DNA of 62,720 nucleotides, filler included, from Basidiobolus ranarum (Eukaryota): NCBI GenBank assembly GCA_040143965.1. It is 12 parts of 12 records of this genome, joined end to end, with 100 filler letters (N's around TTAATTAATTAA, not from the genome) between each part and the next. Parts side by side here need not be neighbours in the genome. Positions count along the whole stretch, not along the records: positions 47,155 to 52,278 come from JASJQH010008580.1; positions 52,379 to 57,500 come from JASJQH010008581.1; positions 57,601 to 62,720 come from JASJQH010008582.1; 9 more parts are not named here. One strand, 5' to 3'. Shown piece by piece: positions 48,985 to 61,999 of this stretch (position 1 is its first letter; each line of letters starts with the position of its first letter). The notes under the pieces were generated by a model. It saw only the letters and a program-made list of their open reading frames with translations, ran no database searches and was not told where the DNA came from. The position numbers and the translations under genes were made by a program.

Positions 48985-51900
48985 ATGACGGTAAACACTT
49001 CACCGACTTGCACACGACTGGCTTCTCAGCGCTTCAACCGATCTAGTTCACGCTCAAGCTCACCTGTTGACAATCCTATTTCACAAGCGGGGCGACCACG
49101 AAATGAATTATGGGACCATTTTATAAAAGGGGAAAAACGTCCTACTACCAACAAATACGATGCTCGGTGTCGCTACTGCGTCCAGCGAATAGGTCTCAAT
49201 ATAGTTCGACCAGTACGCGGTGAAAAGAAGTTTATGATCTCCCACCTCAGAAAATGTTTGTACGCTCCAGAAACTTTACGTACCCGGATATACAAAGAGA
49301 CAACTCGGACACCAGAGGTTTTCAGTAAGAATATCGATAAAATAGAAGAATTGAAACCTGATACAGAAAATCTACTCTCTAAGAAGCGTAAAGTGATGGA
49401 TATTTTGGATTCGGAATGGACCCCCGATAGTATTACTTCTCATGCTCTAAACGGGTTCTTTATTTCCTACAACTCACCAGTACAAAAGAAGCCTCGTGAG
49501 GATAAATTCCATCTCTCAGACAGCTTCCTTTCTATCTACAAGGATCGTTTGCCTCCTTTTGGTTTCAATGGACTTGGTGAGATTATATATCGAAGAACCT
49601 ATAGCAGACTTAGAAAGGATGGAACTCGAGAGCAGTGGTATGTGATTCTACCAATAAATCCAGTCATATCCACACATATAACTTTCATTCACTTTTTGCA
49701 ACAAATTTAGGTGGCAAACTGTTAGAAGAGTCGTTGATGGTACCTTTAACATGCAGAAGCGCTGGATTGAAAAAATGAATTTGGGGTGGAATGAAGAAAA
49801 GGTATATACATCCCCTACTTTCAGCCATTATCTAATCTTAAACTGATTCCGAAACTGTTTTCAAACCAAGGCTCAATGCTCTGCTCAAAAGATGTATGAG
49901 CGTATATTCAATATGAAATTCCTTCCACCAGGACGAGGTAATAGATTAGCTTGATAGCTTGAAATTCTTCCCCTGTATTGATATGTATTTGGTCATTTCC
50001 ACAGGTCTCTGGGCAATGGGGTCACCGCTGACCGAAGAACGTGAGATCTATACCGCTCTGAATAACTGTGGTTTCGTTAGTACGGAATGTATGTGGGAAC
50101 AAGGATTTTCACCAAGTAAGCCGTTCGTGTTCCTGATGGATGCCTCAATGTTAGGGTATGTGGGGAACTCGATTTTCATGTTTGTGCGCTCGTCACTTTA
50201 TTCATCTAAATCGGATTTGCTATCAGGGTTGGAGTGGGATTCGATACCAAAGGAGCCGCCATCGCTAAAGAGCGAGGCATTCTTGTGACTGGCCCTAGTG
50301 TTACACTTTCGCCGAGTGTTTACGTTATTCCCGATTGTCGCGAAGGATGGGTCAAATCTATAGAGCTACTTATTGATTGTTACTTTAATCCCAGTTTGAG
50401 TATGCAGGTACGCTATTTTTGGAATGGAACTTCTATTTTACCTTCATTAAACTGATATTGTGTGAATTAGGAATTCAAGTATCATTGTATTCGGCCAGCC
50501 GGAGCCCCTATTAAGGGATTTGGGGGACAATCATCTGGACCGCAGCCCTTAATGGATCTACATCGTCGTATACGCGAGGTTCTTAATAAAAACGTTGGTG
50601 CTCCAATATCAGTGACTACTATCGTGGACATAATGAACTTGATTGGAAAATGCGTTGTCAGCGGAAATGTAAAAGAATCCTCCACTCATTCATTCTCTCA
50701 GCGTCCCCAATTTACTTAACTGCTTTGTCATCCCAATTTCAAGGTTAGACGAAGTGCGGAAATTGCATTCGGAGATCCATTCGATGAAGAGTACGTGGAC
50801 TTGAAAAATTACGAAGTAAACCCTCACCGTTATGAATATGGATGGACCAGTAATAACTCGGTATGTTATCTTAGTCTGTTTATTGCTGCTTTGGTAGTAT
50901 TAACAAAATGAACCTTGTCCTCTCCAGGTGTTTGCCAAGATTGGTATGGACTACCAGAACATTTGCAAGCGCGTTATTTCCAATGGAGAGCCCGGGTTTT
51001 CATGGTTAGATAATGCCCAGAACTATGGAAGAATGTGTGACCCAATGGTAATAAATCACCACGCGCATTGACACTATCTCTTTACTTACTCAATCCTTCT
51101 ATTGTTAGAATAAACAAGACTATCGAGCACAAGGTGGAAATCCGTGCCTGGAGCAAACATTAGAATCCTTCGAGCTGTGTTGTCTTGTAGAAGTATTTCC
51201 TAGTAACCATTCCTCAATTTACGATTTTCTTGAAACACTGGAGTTGGCATTCCTTTATGCGAAGACAGTGACTTTAGGAACTACACATTGGCCGGAAACC
51301 AATAAAGTCATGATGAGAAATCGTAGAATTGGAACTGGCTTAAGTGGTATCGCACAGTTTATAAGCAAGAGAGGTGAGTTTATGTATTGAATTGCCCTTT
51401 GATATTTGATGTTGACATACATTTATCGCCCAGGGATCGAAGAACTCAGAACATGGTGCGAAGAAGGTTATAAGCATATTTTAGAGACCGACAAGAAGTA
51501 AAGATGCCATTTGATAATACTGTGCTTTTTATTGAACATATACTAAACAAATAGCACATTTAAGGTTGTGTGAATGGCTTGGTATCCCTAGATCTATTAA
51601 GATCACTACAGTTAAACCAAGTGGGACGGTTTCCCTGTTAGCTGGAGGTACGTTGCTCGCACACAAGCTTGGGAAGGATCATGTTTAATCATAATTACTA
51701 CGTATATAGCCACTCCTGGACTGCATTATCCAGAAAGTAGATTTTGTATTCGCCGTGTACGTTTATCCAAAATATCGGAGATGGTGGAACCTTTTAGAGA
51801 AGCCGGTTACAAAGTGGAGCCTGATGTCGGTAAGTATCATTTACTTCGTCCTATGAGGCTATTGATCGCTCATCTCATTTCGCTTCACCCATCCACAGTT

Positions 51901-52278
51901 GAGCCGAATACTATGGTAGTAGAAATTCCTATTGATCATGGTGAAGAAATAAGATCTTTGGTAGATGTAACAATGTGGGAACAGTTATCGTTGGCAGCAT
52001 TTATGCAAAAATATTGGTCTGACAACCAAGTCTCGTGCACTATCACATTCGATCCCGAAACTGAAGGACCTCATCTCAAATTTGCACTCAGCTACTTTCA
52101 GTATCAGTTAAAAGGAGTATCTTTTCTACCTAGGATTCCAATGGGAGCTTACCCTCAGATGCCATATGAAGCCATTTCAGAGTTGAAATATCATCAACTA
52201 ACTGGCAATATAATTAGAACAGGTCCGAAAAGCCCTGGTATTTCACAGTTATTACTAAATCCACAAGAATTAACTGCA
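48985..52278 (+). CDS. nrdJ: Adenosylcobalamin-dependent (class II, monomeric RTPR-type) ribonucleotide reductase with N-terminal BED-type zinc finger; 3'-partial
   Basis: 13 exons: 48985-49637, 49711-49801, 49871-49937, 50005-50155, 50227-50407, 50471-50668, 50744-50860, 50928-51047, 51109-51373, 51434-51497, 51565-51647, 51710-51829 and 51899-52278. All 12 introns are GT-AG and splice in frame. Motifs: YRRTYSR, FLPPGRGLW, NNCGF, GVGVGFD, RPAGAPIKGFGG, VVSGNVRRSAEI, SNNS, NGEPGF, NPCLEQ, CCLVE, NRRIG, TTVKPSGTVSLLAG, WSDNQVSCT and YPQMPYE. Confidence 0.96.
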
Positions 52279-55200
52279 NNNNNNNNNNNNNNNNNNNNNN
52301 NNNNNNNNNNNNNNNNNNNNNNTTAATTAATTAANNNNNNNNNNNNNNNNNNNNNNNNNNNNNNNNNNNNNNNNNNNNCTTTTCTTTCGGGTGACGTCAT
52401 GGCCCCATCCACACACCAGCGGGGAATATATCTAGTTTGATTCAATTTAAACTTATCCTTCTTGTGTACATGGTTGAAAGCGTTCCTTTCGCACACTCAC
52501 GGGTTCACTTAACCAGTTTTATCCTGGATGGTCGAGACGCTCTCCATATGCGCATATTTGGGATAGGTTTAAGCCGTGCATTGAAAGGCATGGGAAGCCC
52601 AGGTTGAAGGAATAACAAACATTACCTTAGTTACCACCAAGCTGTACCACTTTAACTTGATCAAACAGGTTGTTAGCAGATGTTTTAATGAAGGGTCCAA
52701 ACAAGAGTAGATTACTTGCAGGTTAGAAAAGTGAAGGGTACCATCCATAAATGTTCCTATTCTAATCAAGTAGCGACTTCTGATGAAGATCATAGCCAAA
52801 TCCACCCCTTCGGATCGGAGAAGCAGGTATGAAAGAAAGGGGATAACATGAATACCCACTTACTAACAAGTTTCACTCGTAACTCTCATATCCTCTACAA
52901 CATCCATAGGCTCCAATAAAAATCTCCTCGTAAATCACTCATTATTGGCCAATAGCACTTTCGGACGAATTGCCATTGAGATGGATCATCTGTGTAGCTA
53001 CGATAAGTTATACCCCAATACTTTGACCTAGGGAGGGGGGATTGTTATCGTTGAATGCAACCGATACAGGATTTACCTGGAAAATGAAATATGTCGTGAA
53101 AACCATCGACAAGTCCAGCAATGAATACTAACATAAAAGCAATCATTCAGCCCATGACTGACTGCTCTGCAACGCCATCTATGGGATTGAATGATTTTAT
53201 CACCAGCCAATTCCTCGCTCATAATATACACAATATCCCAGTGTAACATTCTCAGGTATGTTTGGAAATCCTCTTCCTAAAATATACCTCTGTACTCTTA
53301 TTTGACTAGTCTAGTTCTGCGAGATCCCATGAATACCTTGCACTCTATTAACTATCAGTGCAGCTTACTTTACCGATCATGTCGTGGCCTTTTAGGTTCA
53401 TAGCCTAGTTTTCGTTGCTTCACTGGTCAATAAATATATATTCTTCATCTTGGATGGCGATATGGACCCTCAAATCCGTTGTCACTTCACTATGGGTAAT
53501 GTGTTCTTTGATATAATACTTTATGAGTGTTCAATAGGAAAGGTATGTTAAGGTGTTGACCCTGGTTTTCTCTCTTCTGAGCCTTCTCGCCTAGTCAGAT
53601 TACCTTGGGAGGTGTTACTAAGACCAAGTGTAACATCACGTGATATGGGAGGAATACCATGGTACTTTAAAACCTGTTGGATTATCATCGGTTAAAGAAA
53701 GAACCTTTTATAAATTCAATGAAAATCAAACATACGAAGCCTGGATGATTACTAAAGAGGTGTGACATGTAACTTAAATTGTAAATCATTGACACTTGGT
53801 TACTTATGCATTCTAATTCTAGAGGGATCTTTCCCAATGCTTTTGATGAGATGTTTACAAATTCAGCATCAAGTACAATGGAATCCTGTTTATCCGATAA
53901 TATTTGGATTATAAATTGACTATTAAACCGGATGAACTCCAGTGAAAGAGTTGCTGGTTACATCGGGTATATTTTAAAGGTACTGGTTTGGTGTTCATTT
54001 CATCATAACCCTGAATGATGATCAGTAGGATTAGTCCTACTCTCGATTCTCCCGGAAAAGATTATCTTCTGATAATAATATTGTTCCAAGATATGAGAGA
54101 ACGGAATTTCGACTGGTATATGCTTATAAGTGTAATACGATTCATAGGAAATTTAGGATATTCATTTTTGACTAACCCAAGCTATTATGACTAATATATC
54201 CATTGGTAGTATCTCGTAAGTCATTAAATTTTGTTAATTCGTAATATATTGGATTCTAGTCTATAGGAAAGAGAAGGATTTCTTGAAATCAATATCGAAA
54301 TTGGATGGAGCAATGAGGTTGAAATACAGTGCTGCAGTTACACCGTTGTAGATACGATTATTATAAGCTTACTTAAGCATGTATCCCGAAAGAAATCAAT
54401 GAGTATATTTGACGTGACTTCCATCTACACCTAGATCATAACTTCAGTAATGAGTTACAAAGTGAGTCAATAGTACTGTAGTCCATATTTTATAACACTG
54501 CTGGTAATTGAAAGATGTGGATTGTGTCATGGATTCAAGATAGTAGTGTTCTAAATGGAATGTTTAAGCATTAATTATATACACAAGAAGTTCGGGATAT
54601 CAGTTTCATCACTTTCAATCAGTATGTTAGGTGTCTTTGATAATAGCTAGGCAATGGAGCAAGATGAAGAATTCCAATACAGCCTTGCTATTATACAATA
54701 TCATTACATCATCATTTTTTGAGTATCTAGTGTAGGCAGATTTTGTAATGAAACATCCACAGCTTCATAGTGACTAATTCATTTTATGATCAAAAGATAT
54801 AACAAACTGTGTACTAAGTCCCTGATTAGTGCATATCCTAAGAAATACACTATTCCAACTCATCTCCACACTGACCATACCTCAGTGAGTAAATTCTTAC
54901 TGTAATTCGAGCATACAAGTCAAACGAAACTTTGCCATATATACATAGTAAAACGTTGATCCAAGGTTTCTTGTAGCCCAGATCTGCTTAACTTTACTTT
55001 CCTTAGACTGCGCAGTTCTAGCACTTTAACCGTGTTCCCTAACTGACGGGAAACAAGGAAACATCAGAGGACAATAGGATCTAAAGATTAGTTCTAATAC
55101 CTGCATTGGAGATTGGTTTAGGGTTCGCTAAGCTATCTCAACCATGACGAAGCATTGACAATTATAATTGGATGTTGATAAATGCTATTTTTAAGATATT

Positions 55201-55761
55201 CTGCCTGGCTATAGGGGGTATATGCTATGTCCTTAGATGTGTGTGAATTATTTCAGAATTGTAAATAGGCACCTTAGCCATCTCAATGGTTCCAGATTCA
55301 TAAACTACGTGGGCTTCTCAATTCAGAATCCTCAGGATATAACCACTTTATATATAGTCATTTACCAACATTTATGGTCAAACCACCTAAATATTCAGAT
55401 CTACTTCTGATACAAACTAAGGTTCACAGTTCGTAACTAACAATTCAGCTAACATGGTTTTAAAAGTTTCAGATTCGGAAGCACTCTTCTTTCATGTCAA
55501 GATGTGAAGTGTGAAAAACTTATTAATTTAGCAAAATACTTCTGATTAAGGTGACATCGACAGAAAATGGAACAAGTTGATATTCGGTCAGGGTTAACAC
55601 CTATCCTTTAATCAAGGAAATATCGCATTTGAGGGACTTTTTCCTCCAACCAGAAAATACCACTAATAAAATCATCGAATTCAAGCATACGTAATTACTG
55701 GATATTTAATGATTAGAGAAATTGGCCTGTTCTTCAACCTTTCCATTCTGCTCCTATTATC

Positions 55762-56277
55762 ATGTCGACACCCAAGTTATGGTATTTCGCATTCGGCTCT
55801 AACATGAGCGCAGCACAAATGGTTCAACGTGGCGTTGTCTGGGTTGAAGGGTATCGAGTATTGGCCAAGTTAGACGGATATCAACTTTTATTCAATAAAT
55901 TGCGTACCAAAGGCCCAGAGACAGATAAAGAAGGTTTCGCCAACTTGGAAAAAGCTGCATCTGAGACCAGTGTATATGGCATATTGTATGGTTTAGCCAA
56001 CGAAGATGGTCTACTTATTCTAGATAAGTATGAGGGAGTGGCGCAGAACCACTATGAGCGAGTATCAGTGCAAGTGGAGACTAAAGATAATTCGAATTTG
56101 GATATACCAGCCACAGTCACTGCAACTACATATATCGCCAAGAATCCACTAGTGATTCGTGAGAACTTGAAACCGTCGAAAGAATATCTCGAAAGACTCT
56201 TAGCTGGAAAGGATTTGCTTCCAACAGATTACTATCACTCTTTGACCAGGACTGAGACACTAGCCATCCATCAATAG
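55762..56277 (+). CDS. Gamma-glutamylcyclotransferase (GGCT/AIG2-like), intronless
   Basis: WYFAFGSNM N-terminal signature, LDGYQLLF, VYGILY, LDKYEGV (catalytic Glu region) and PSKEYL. AATAAA downstream. Confidence 0.9.
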   Translation: MSTPKLWYFAFGSNMSAAQMVQRGVVWVEGYRVLAKLDGYQLLFNKLRTKGPETDKEGFANLEKAASETSVYGILYGLANEDGLLILDKYEGVAQNHYERVSVQVETKDNSNLDIPATVTATTYIAKNPLVIRENLKPSKEYLERLLAGKDLLPTDYYHSLTRTETLAIHQ

Positions 56278-57600
56278 GTAAATATCCCTGAACATGTGGA
56301 ATTCGGATGTTAAATCAAAGTTGTTATCTCAATAAAATTTTATCAAAAGAAGTCTTTGCAGCGAGCATATATAGCAAATAAGGTACGTGTATAATGGACG
56401 AATAGGCAGTCTTGGTGGTGTACGTAGCTTCCTGAAACGAGGCTACTAAGACTCTTTAGTAAGTTGGGCTTTGCTTGTTATGCTGGTTGATGATTTTCAC
56501 CACACCATCACTGTTCTGAGTGACCTCATCAATAACTGCTTATTAGCTGACACGAAACACCAGTCTATTTTGACGCTGAAGCGTGATATAAACAAAGCCA
56601 ATGGAGGGGAGTGAGCCACAGTTAATACGAAATTCTAAACCTACGGTGGTTGTCAAAGCAACCGTGAAAGTTGAAAAGTATAGGAACCAGCTCTCGAACA
56701 GATCTGATTTGGTGTGCACTTGACCAGTCCGTGATGCTAGAAAAAGAAATCAGCTCTTAGTCTGGATCTCAAGATGGTGCTATCTGTTACACGAGAGCAC
56801 CCTACCTGATTGCTATTTTTCGCTTGTTTGTATCTGGCATTCCTAAGCTGTCGAGTCAACTGATGAGATCACCTAGAATGTCCAAAAATTGGCCTTCTGT
56901 AGCATTTGACATCACCTAGTCTATAAATAAACCCCATTCAGACATCCATTCCGCCTCGAGTTCGATACCGATGGTATTCTGCAGATTATACCGATCTGTC
57001 AGAGGCCATTCAACATTAAGCCTCAAGAATCTGATTGGGCCGAAGATATACATATGAATCAACTCGATGGTTCAGTTAGAACCCAATTTTCGTCGTTTTC
57101 GCAGAAATGCAAAATATCTTCGGTTTAAAATTGAAACAGGGCTAGTGATTGACGTCACGTAACTAATAGCACTTGAGATATTTTTGTTGGATATCCACGA
57201 CATGTCAGAAGTCCCTATTCGTTGCAACATTGACTTGGCAGGAGATAATATTTGTATAAAAGTGATGGGCCCACAAGGGAGGAAACCCACTTTCCTTACG
57301 ATTTTCAATAACTTAACCCCACCTTCATAACAGTAACTCGATTCGATTCGTGCTCCCGATTGCTTGAGCCTTTGTAAATTTTAACCGATCTACGCATACC
57401 ATAGAATATCACTTTTGGATTTTTCCACTTGAACGTCATGAAAATATCCAGACTTGGTGAACGACGTTGGTGTACATTGATCACTTTGGTGACCATAGTG
57501 NNNNNNNNNNNNNNNNNNNNNNNNNNNNNNNNNNNNNNNNNNNNTTAATTAATTAANNNNNNNNNNNNNNNNNNNNNNNNNNNNNNNNNNNNNNNNNNNN

Positions 57601-57723
57601 AACGGTCTCTGTACCGAAGATCAAGAATGGGGTTTCTGTAGAATCGAGGCTGGTAAGTTGAACGAGATGCCAGTTGTTGGTGAAGAAAGCAGCGATGACG
57701 ATAATGATGACGATCTTGTATAA
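57601..57723 (+). CDS. 3' end of an unidentified gene with an acidic tail
   Basis: NGLCTEDQEWGFCRIEAGKLNEMPVVGEESSDDDNDDDLV* at the contig start; AATAAA follows. Confidence 0.45.
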   Translation, partial: NGLCTEDQEWGFCRIEAGKLNEMPVVGEESSDDDNDDDLV

Positions 57724-58131
57724 TTTATGGACTACTGAGAGAGCCTCTTTATGAGAAAATAAAATTATTTTTATGATAGATTCTAAGCGTCATGCTCTCA
57801 AGCAACAGGTCTCGTTTTCCAAATTACGAAACGAAACCGCTATTCCGAATTGCATCATGAACGTGTAACTCAATAATTATTTTTATCGTACTATAAGGCA
57901 GTGATGAGGAAAATCAGTGTCAAGTCTAATTTAGTTAACTGGAAATAATTCTGTCAAATGAAATTCGCCTATCGAAAAAATATATGGAAAACACTTGGAT
58001 TGCGGACAGAGAATAGATTCACTTTATAAAGCTGTTATTGACGATAACCAGGCTATGAAATATCCAACATAAAAACCCCTTTGGAATTCACTCTACCTAC
58101 GGAGGATTTCTCTTTCTTTTAAGAGAATAGT

Positions 58132-58620
58132 TATGTCATCACCAAAGAGATATGTCTCGCACCTTTTTTACTTCGAGGTATTCCTTGTATGGTGGCTGTA
58201 TACCAACGAAGTCCTGACATCCATTAACATACCACCATTGTACCAACATCATATAGTGAAGACAACGCGATAAGTTTCCTCTCCAAGGTTGAGTCAGATA
58301 TGGTCCATCCCTCAATCGGAAAGTGTATTAAGTTTGCGATCCGCCGAAGAGATACCTCTGAGTTCATAGACTTATTAGGAATATACCGCTCCCGGAATCC
58401 AAAGTATAAGCAAGAAGAAGAATGGTGGTCATTAGGCTATTCTATAGCAGCTGAGTGAACAGGTAAAGGAATTGTTTCGGCGTGCGTTCATTATACTATG
58501 CATGAACTTGGATTTAAGTAATTAGGAATAAGAAATTGGGAAGCTGCAACTTTGACTGGAAATATGGCTAGTAAGAGAACTCTAGAGAAATGTGGATAAA
58601 GTTAGAACAGCAGAGAAATT
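58132..58620 (+). pseudogene. RimJ/RimL-type GNAT acetyltransferase pseudogene
   Basis: P..YSEDNAISFL...FAIRRRDTSEFIDLLGI...LGYSIAAE*TGKGIVS...ELGFK*LG......N.ASKRTLEKCG*, with several in-frame stops. Confidence 0.78.
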
Positions 58621-59153
58621 AGAGGGGCGGTCGTTTGAGTGTGTGATATAGTCAAGCCTGGGCCACTTACCATATGTTATTATAGGCCTAAGATTAACAC
58701 ACCATATATTATTCTCACATGAATCACTGACATATTCCCAATTGTTTCTCTAATAAATGTGACAAATATAGTATTGATGTTGTTGGTATTTACTGGTGAG
58801 AAGATACCGTAATTCATGTCCAAATTCAACAGGTATGATGTAGCACCTGTAAGTTGATAGCATATGAAAGTTGTGATTTCCCTGTTGGTCACTATAAATG
58901 TTAAGATGACTGCCCCTTTTTCTCATACTCCGAAATTATACATAGCAGTCAATCAAACTAACTAGTACTGCCCTCCCTTGCTATTCGTCTCCAACTTGTT
59001 CTTGTTCAGTTGTGACGAATCTCCACTATATTTTCAGTCACGAAACCTTTTCTACATTGGTAAGTTGAATTATCTGCACTTCTAAGACAGTATGTGCTAA
59101 CTCAAGTAAAGTGAGCTTCACCTACTATCACCTTGTTCGTAACTTAGGATCAG

Positions 59154-59990
59154 ATGGAATCAAGTACAACTGTTATCCCATCAGCTTTGTCCCCAGTAGC
59201 TACCTCTACCAATGAAACAGAATATAAACCTCGCTATGACTTCAAAGGGCTCATTACCACCGACGTATCAGCAGCTTTAGTCTCCTCTGCTTTTGTTGCT
59301 CCGTTGGTTGCCATCATAGACCGTTCAGTTGTTTCTAATGCCAGTGGCCGGCAGACATTAGGCGAAGGGCTCCGTGAAGGACTGAAAGATCTATTTACTG
59401 CGCCACACAGGTTCATCCGACAACCAGCATTCATGATCATGTTTGCTGTATATTCTGGTACTTACATTACAGCAAACACTACAGAAACAATATGTAATCA
59501 CTACGATAGATCATGGCAGCTTCCTAAATTCATTACCTCCTCTATCGCAAATATCGGACTCAGTCTCTTGAGAGATAAGCTGTTAACCCAATGGTTTGGT
59601 AATTCTAAACCTAAGCCTCTACCTCCACTGTCATATGGATGCTTCGTAGCACGTGACTGTCTCACTATTGCTGCTTCATTTAACTTGCCACCCTTGTTGG
59701 CACCTATGATGGAGCAACGCATCAACCTTGACCGTGATCAATGCGAAATGCTCGCACAATTAGTGACTCCCGTCGGAGTTCAGCTTCTGAGCACACCTTT
59801 ACATCTTACGGGTCTGGATCTTTACAATCGTCCCGACGCTACATCGGCTCAAAGGGCGGCATTCTTAAAAAAGGAATGCCCGGCAACTATTGCCATCCGA
59901 ATGGTTCGTATCCTGCCAGCCTTTTCACTAGGCGGTGTGGCTAACAAATGGATGAGAATGAAAGGAAGAGAAAGATATCGATTGAATTGA
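59154..59990 (+). CDS. Conserved fungal membrane protein, S. pombe SPBC365.16-like (probably mitochondrial)
   Basis: 278-aa uninterrupted ORF with VAPLVAIIDRSVV.NASG, YSGTYITAN, RDCLTIAASFNLP, QLLSTPLHL.GLDLYNRP and RILPAFSLGGVAN. Family assignment is from memory. Confidence 0.75.
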   Translation: MESSTTVIPSALSPVATSTNETEYKPRYDFKGLITTDVSAALVSSAFVAPLVAIIDRSVVSNASGRQTLGEGLREGLKDLFTAPHRFIRQPAFMIMFAVYSGTYITANTTETICNHYDRSWQLPKFITSSIANIGLSLLRDKLLTQWFGNSKPKPLPPLSYGCFVARDCLTIAASFNLPPLLAPMMEQRINLDRDQCEMLAQLVTPVGVQLLSTPLHLTGLDLYNRPDATSAQRAAFLKKECPATIAIRMVRILPAFSLGGVANKWMRMKGRERYRLN

Positions 59991-60912
59991 TTATTACTAG
60001 TAAGGGACGGTCACTGGAATTATTGGAGTAAACACTGCCTGTGGCAAATCTCTCTTGGATGATTTAGCTTATGTATCTTCTGAATCGTAAATAAAGTCAG
60101 CAATTGCTCCCATTTTTATTATAAAAGTAGCGCACTTTTAATAGATAATCAGCGGAAATTCATGACTACTAGTAAGTTGAGGGTGTTGATGAATGCAAAT
60201 AGAGCCAACATATGTATAGGAGTGACAACACTCGACGTTGACTGTCAAACTAAATTATACAAAGGACACGTTTATCCACGAACTTTCTGCTCGGTGAAGA
60301 GGACGTGTTGACGTACTAAACAAACGAGACATTAGTTAGAGTCTACGAGATTTCAAATAAGCGTAGTTTACATACCTTTGGGATCATACTTACGGAAAGC
60401 AAGTTTAGGATTGATTCTTGGTCTAGTTCTAGTGTAGAAAAAGCCGGTTCCAGCAGTGCTGACAAGCTTCACGATCACAGTTCTAGTCTTTGCCTTGGCC
60501 ACTATTAAATGGTTATATGAGGAGAGTGTTAGTTGTTTGTTAATTCGTTTTTTGGTTTATCACATACTTTCAGAAGGAGAGGTTTAAAGTACACAATAGC
60601 AAAGAGAGAATTTATCTTTGCAGGTTATCAACCAATTCCACCAAGTTCGGGTGAAAAATTTTGTGCGTCTTATATTAATTGGATTACCCACTGAATTTGC
60701 CATGATCTATATGGATATGGGAAACATAGCGAAACATGATTCTGGACGTTTCTCTATTCTTACATTTCTACTAGTATAAAAGTACTTGGTACAAGTGACT
60801 TCTGATTGGCTACCTTTTTATGGCTTGTTGGAGTTGGCTTGTGAAAATCAAAACACTTCTCAAGCACAGATATTTTTTGATATTGTGAACCTTATACTAC
60901 TCTTGATACCAA

Positions 60913-61624
60913 ATGTCTCTCCCCAAAAGAATTACCAAGGTTCGAATTTCAGTTCAACCATGAGGGGACTTTTTCTTTTGAAAACGATCTCCCCCAAATT
61001 ATATATATTTTTTGCTCATTTCAAATAAAACAGGAAATCGAGCGTTTACTAGCCGATCCAGCACCTGGAATTAGTGCCACTCCCCACGAAGATAACCTTC
61101 GTTACTTCGATGTCATCGTCGCTGGACCCTCTCAATCTCCTTTTGAAGGTAATTTTCACAAATCATCTCCCTTTGAGTATTCCAAATCCCGAGAAACCAA
61201 AGTTTTAACCAAGTTTTTTCATATAATTTGCTAATCGTTTAGGTGGAACGTTTAGCCTTGAACTCTTCCTTCCCGAAGATTACCCCATGGCACCACCTAA
61301 AGTTCGTTTCTTAACTAAAATCTATCATCCCAATATCGATAAGCTAGGAAGAATCTGTCTTGACATCTTGAAAGATAAATGGTCACCTGCACTTCAAATC
61401 CGTACCGTTTTACTTTCCATCCAAGCCCTTCTCTCCGCCCCCAATCCTGATGATCCTTTGGCTAATGATGTTGCGCAACATTGGAAGGAGGACGAGAAAG
61501 ACGCCATTGCAACTGGTAAGTCTTCACATAATATGCTAATGTTAATCCATATCGTCAACTAAATCATTCTGTTTTAATTCAATAAGCTCGGGCTTGGACT
61601 ATGAAACATGCGGCATCCAACTAA
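60913..61624 (+). CDS. UBC13: Ubiquitin-conjugating enzyme E2 Ubc13 (UBE2N)
   Basis: Exons 60913-60939, 61034-61148, 61243-61515 and 61587-61624 give [34 protein letters not shown]...[51 protein letters not shown]...ARAWTMKHA. Confidence 0.97.
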
Positions 61625-61999
61625 TTACTTCATTGTGAACCCGTAAAATTCCTTTTCTTTTTTAACCATTTTTACCAAGCCAATTACCGATACTTTTCCC
61701 TGTATTTTAATACATTCACAAAGAAATAAATGGGTAGTTAACGTGAGAAGTCACTTTATTCGTAACTTTCTTTCACTTTATCAGAGGGAAAATGTGATAC
61801 AGTTCGACACCAATTCCATTGTGCATCAAATGACTGGGTGGACATCATTGGGGATTGTATGGAACCTTCGTCAACAGATACCTACTAGATACCACACTAC
61901 GATATCATCGAGCTCCTTACTTGCGCATGATTTTGTAGTGCCTTGTTGGAGCTAGAGAATCTCTGTTTAATATGGGAGAATCCAAGAGAAGTGCATTGT

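Noticed and set aside
52379-55700. Short ORFs and possible degenerate gene remnants on contig 11
   Set aside because: No motif or consistent exon chain could be supported.
5147-57600. Regularly spaced TTAATTAATTAA palindromes about every 5.2 kb as a biological repeat or CRISPR-like array
   Set aside because: Each is embedded in N44 padding, so they are assembly linkers.
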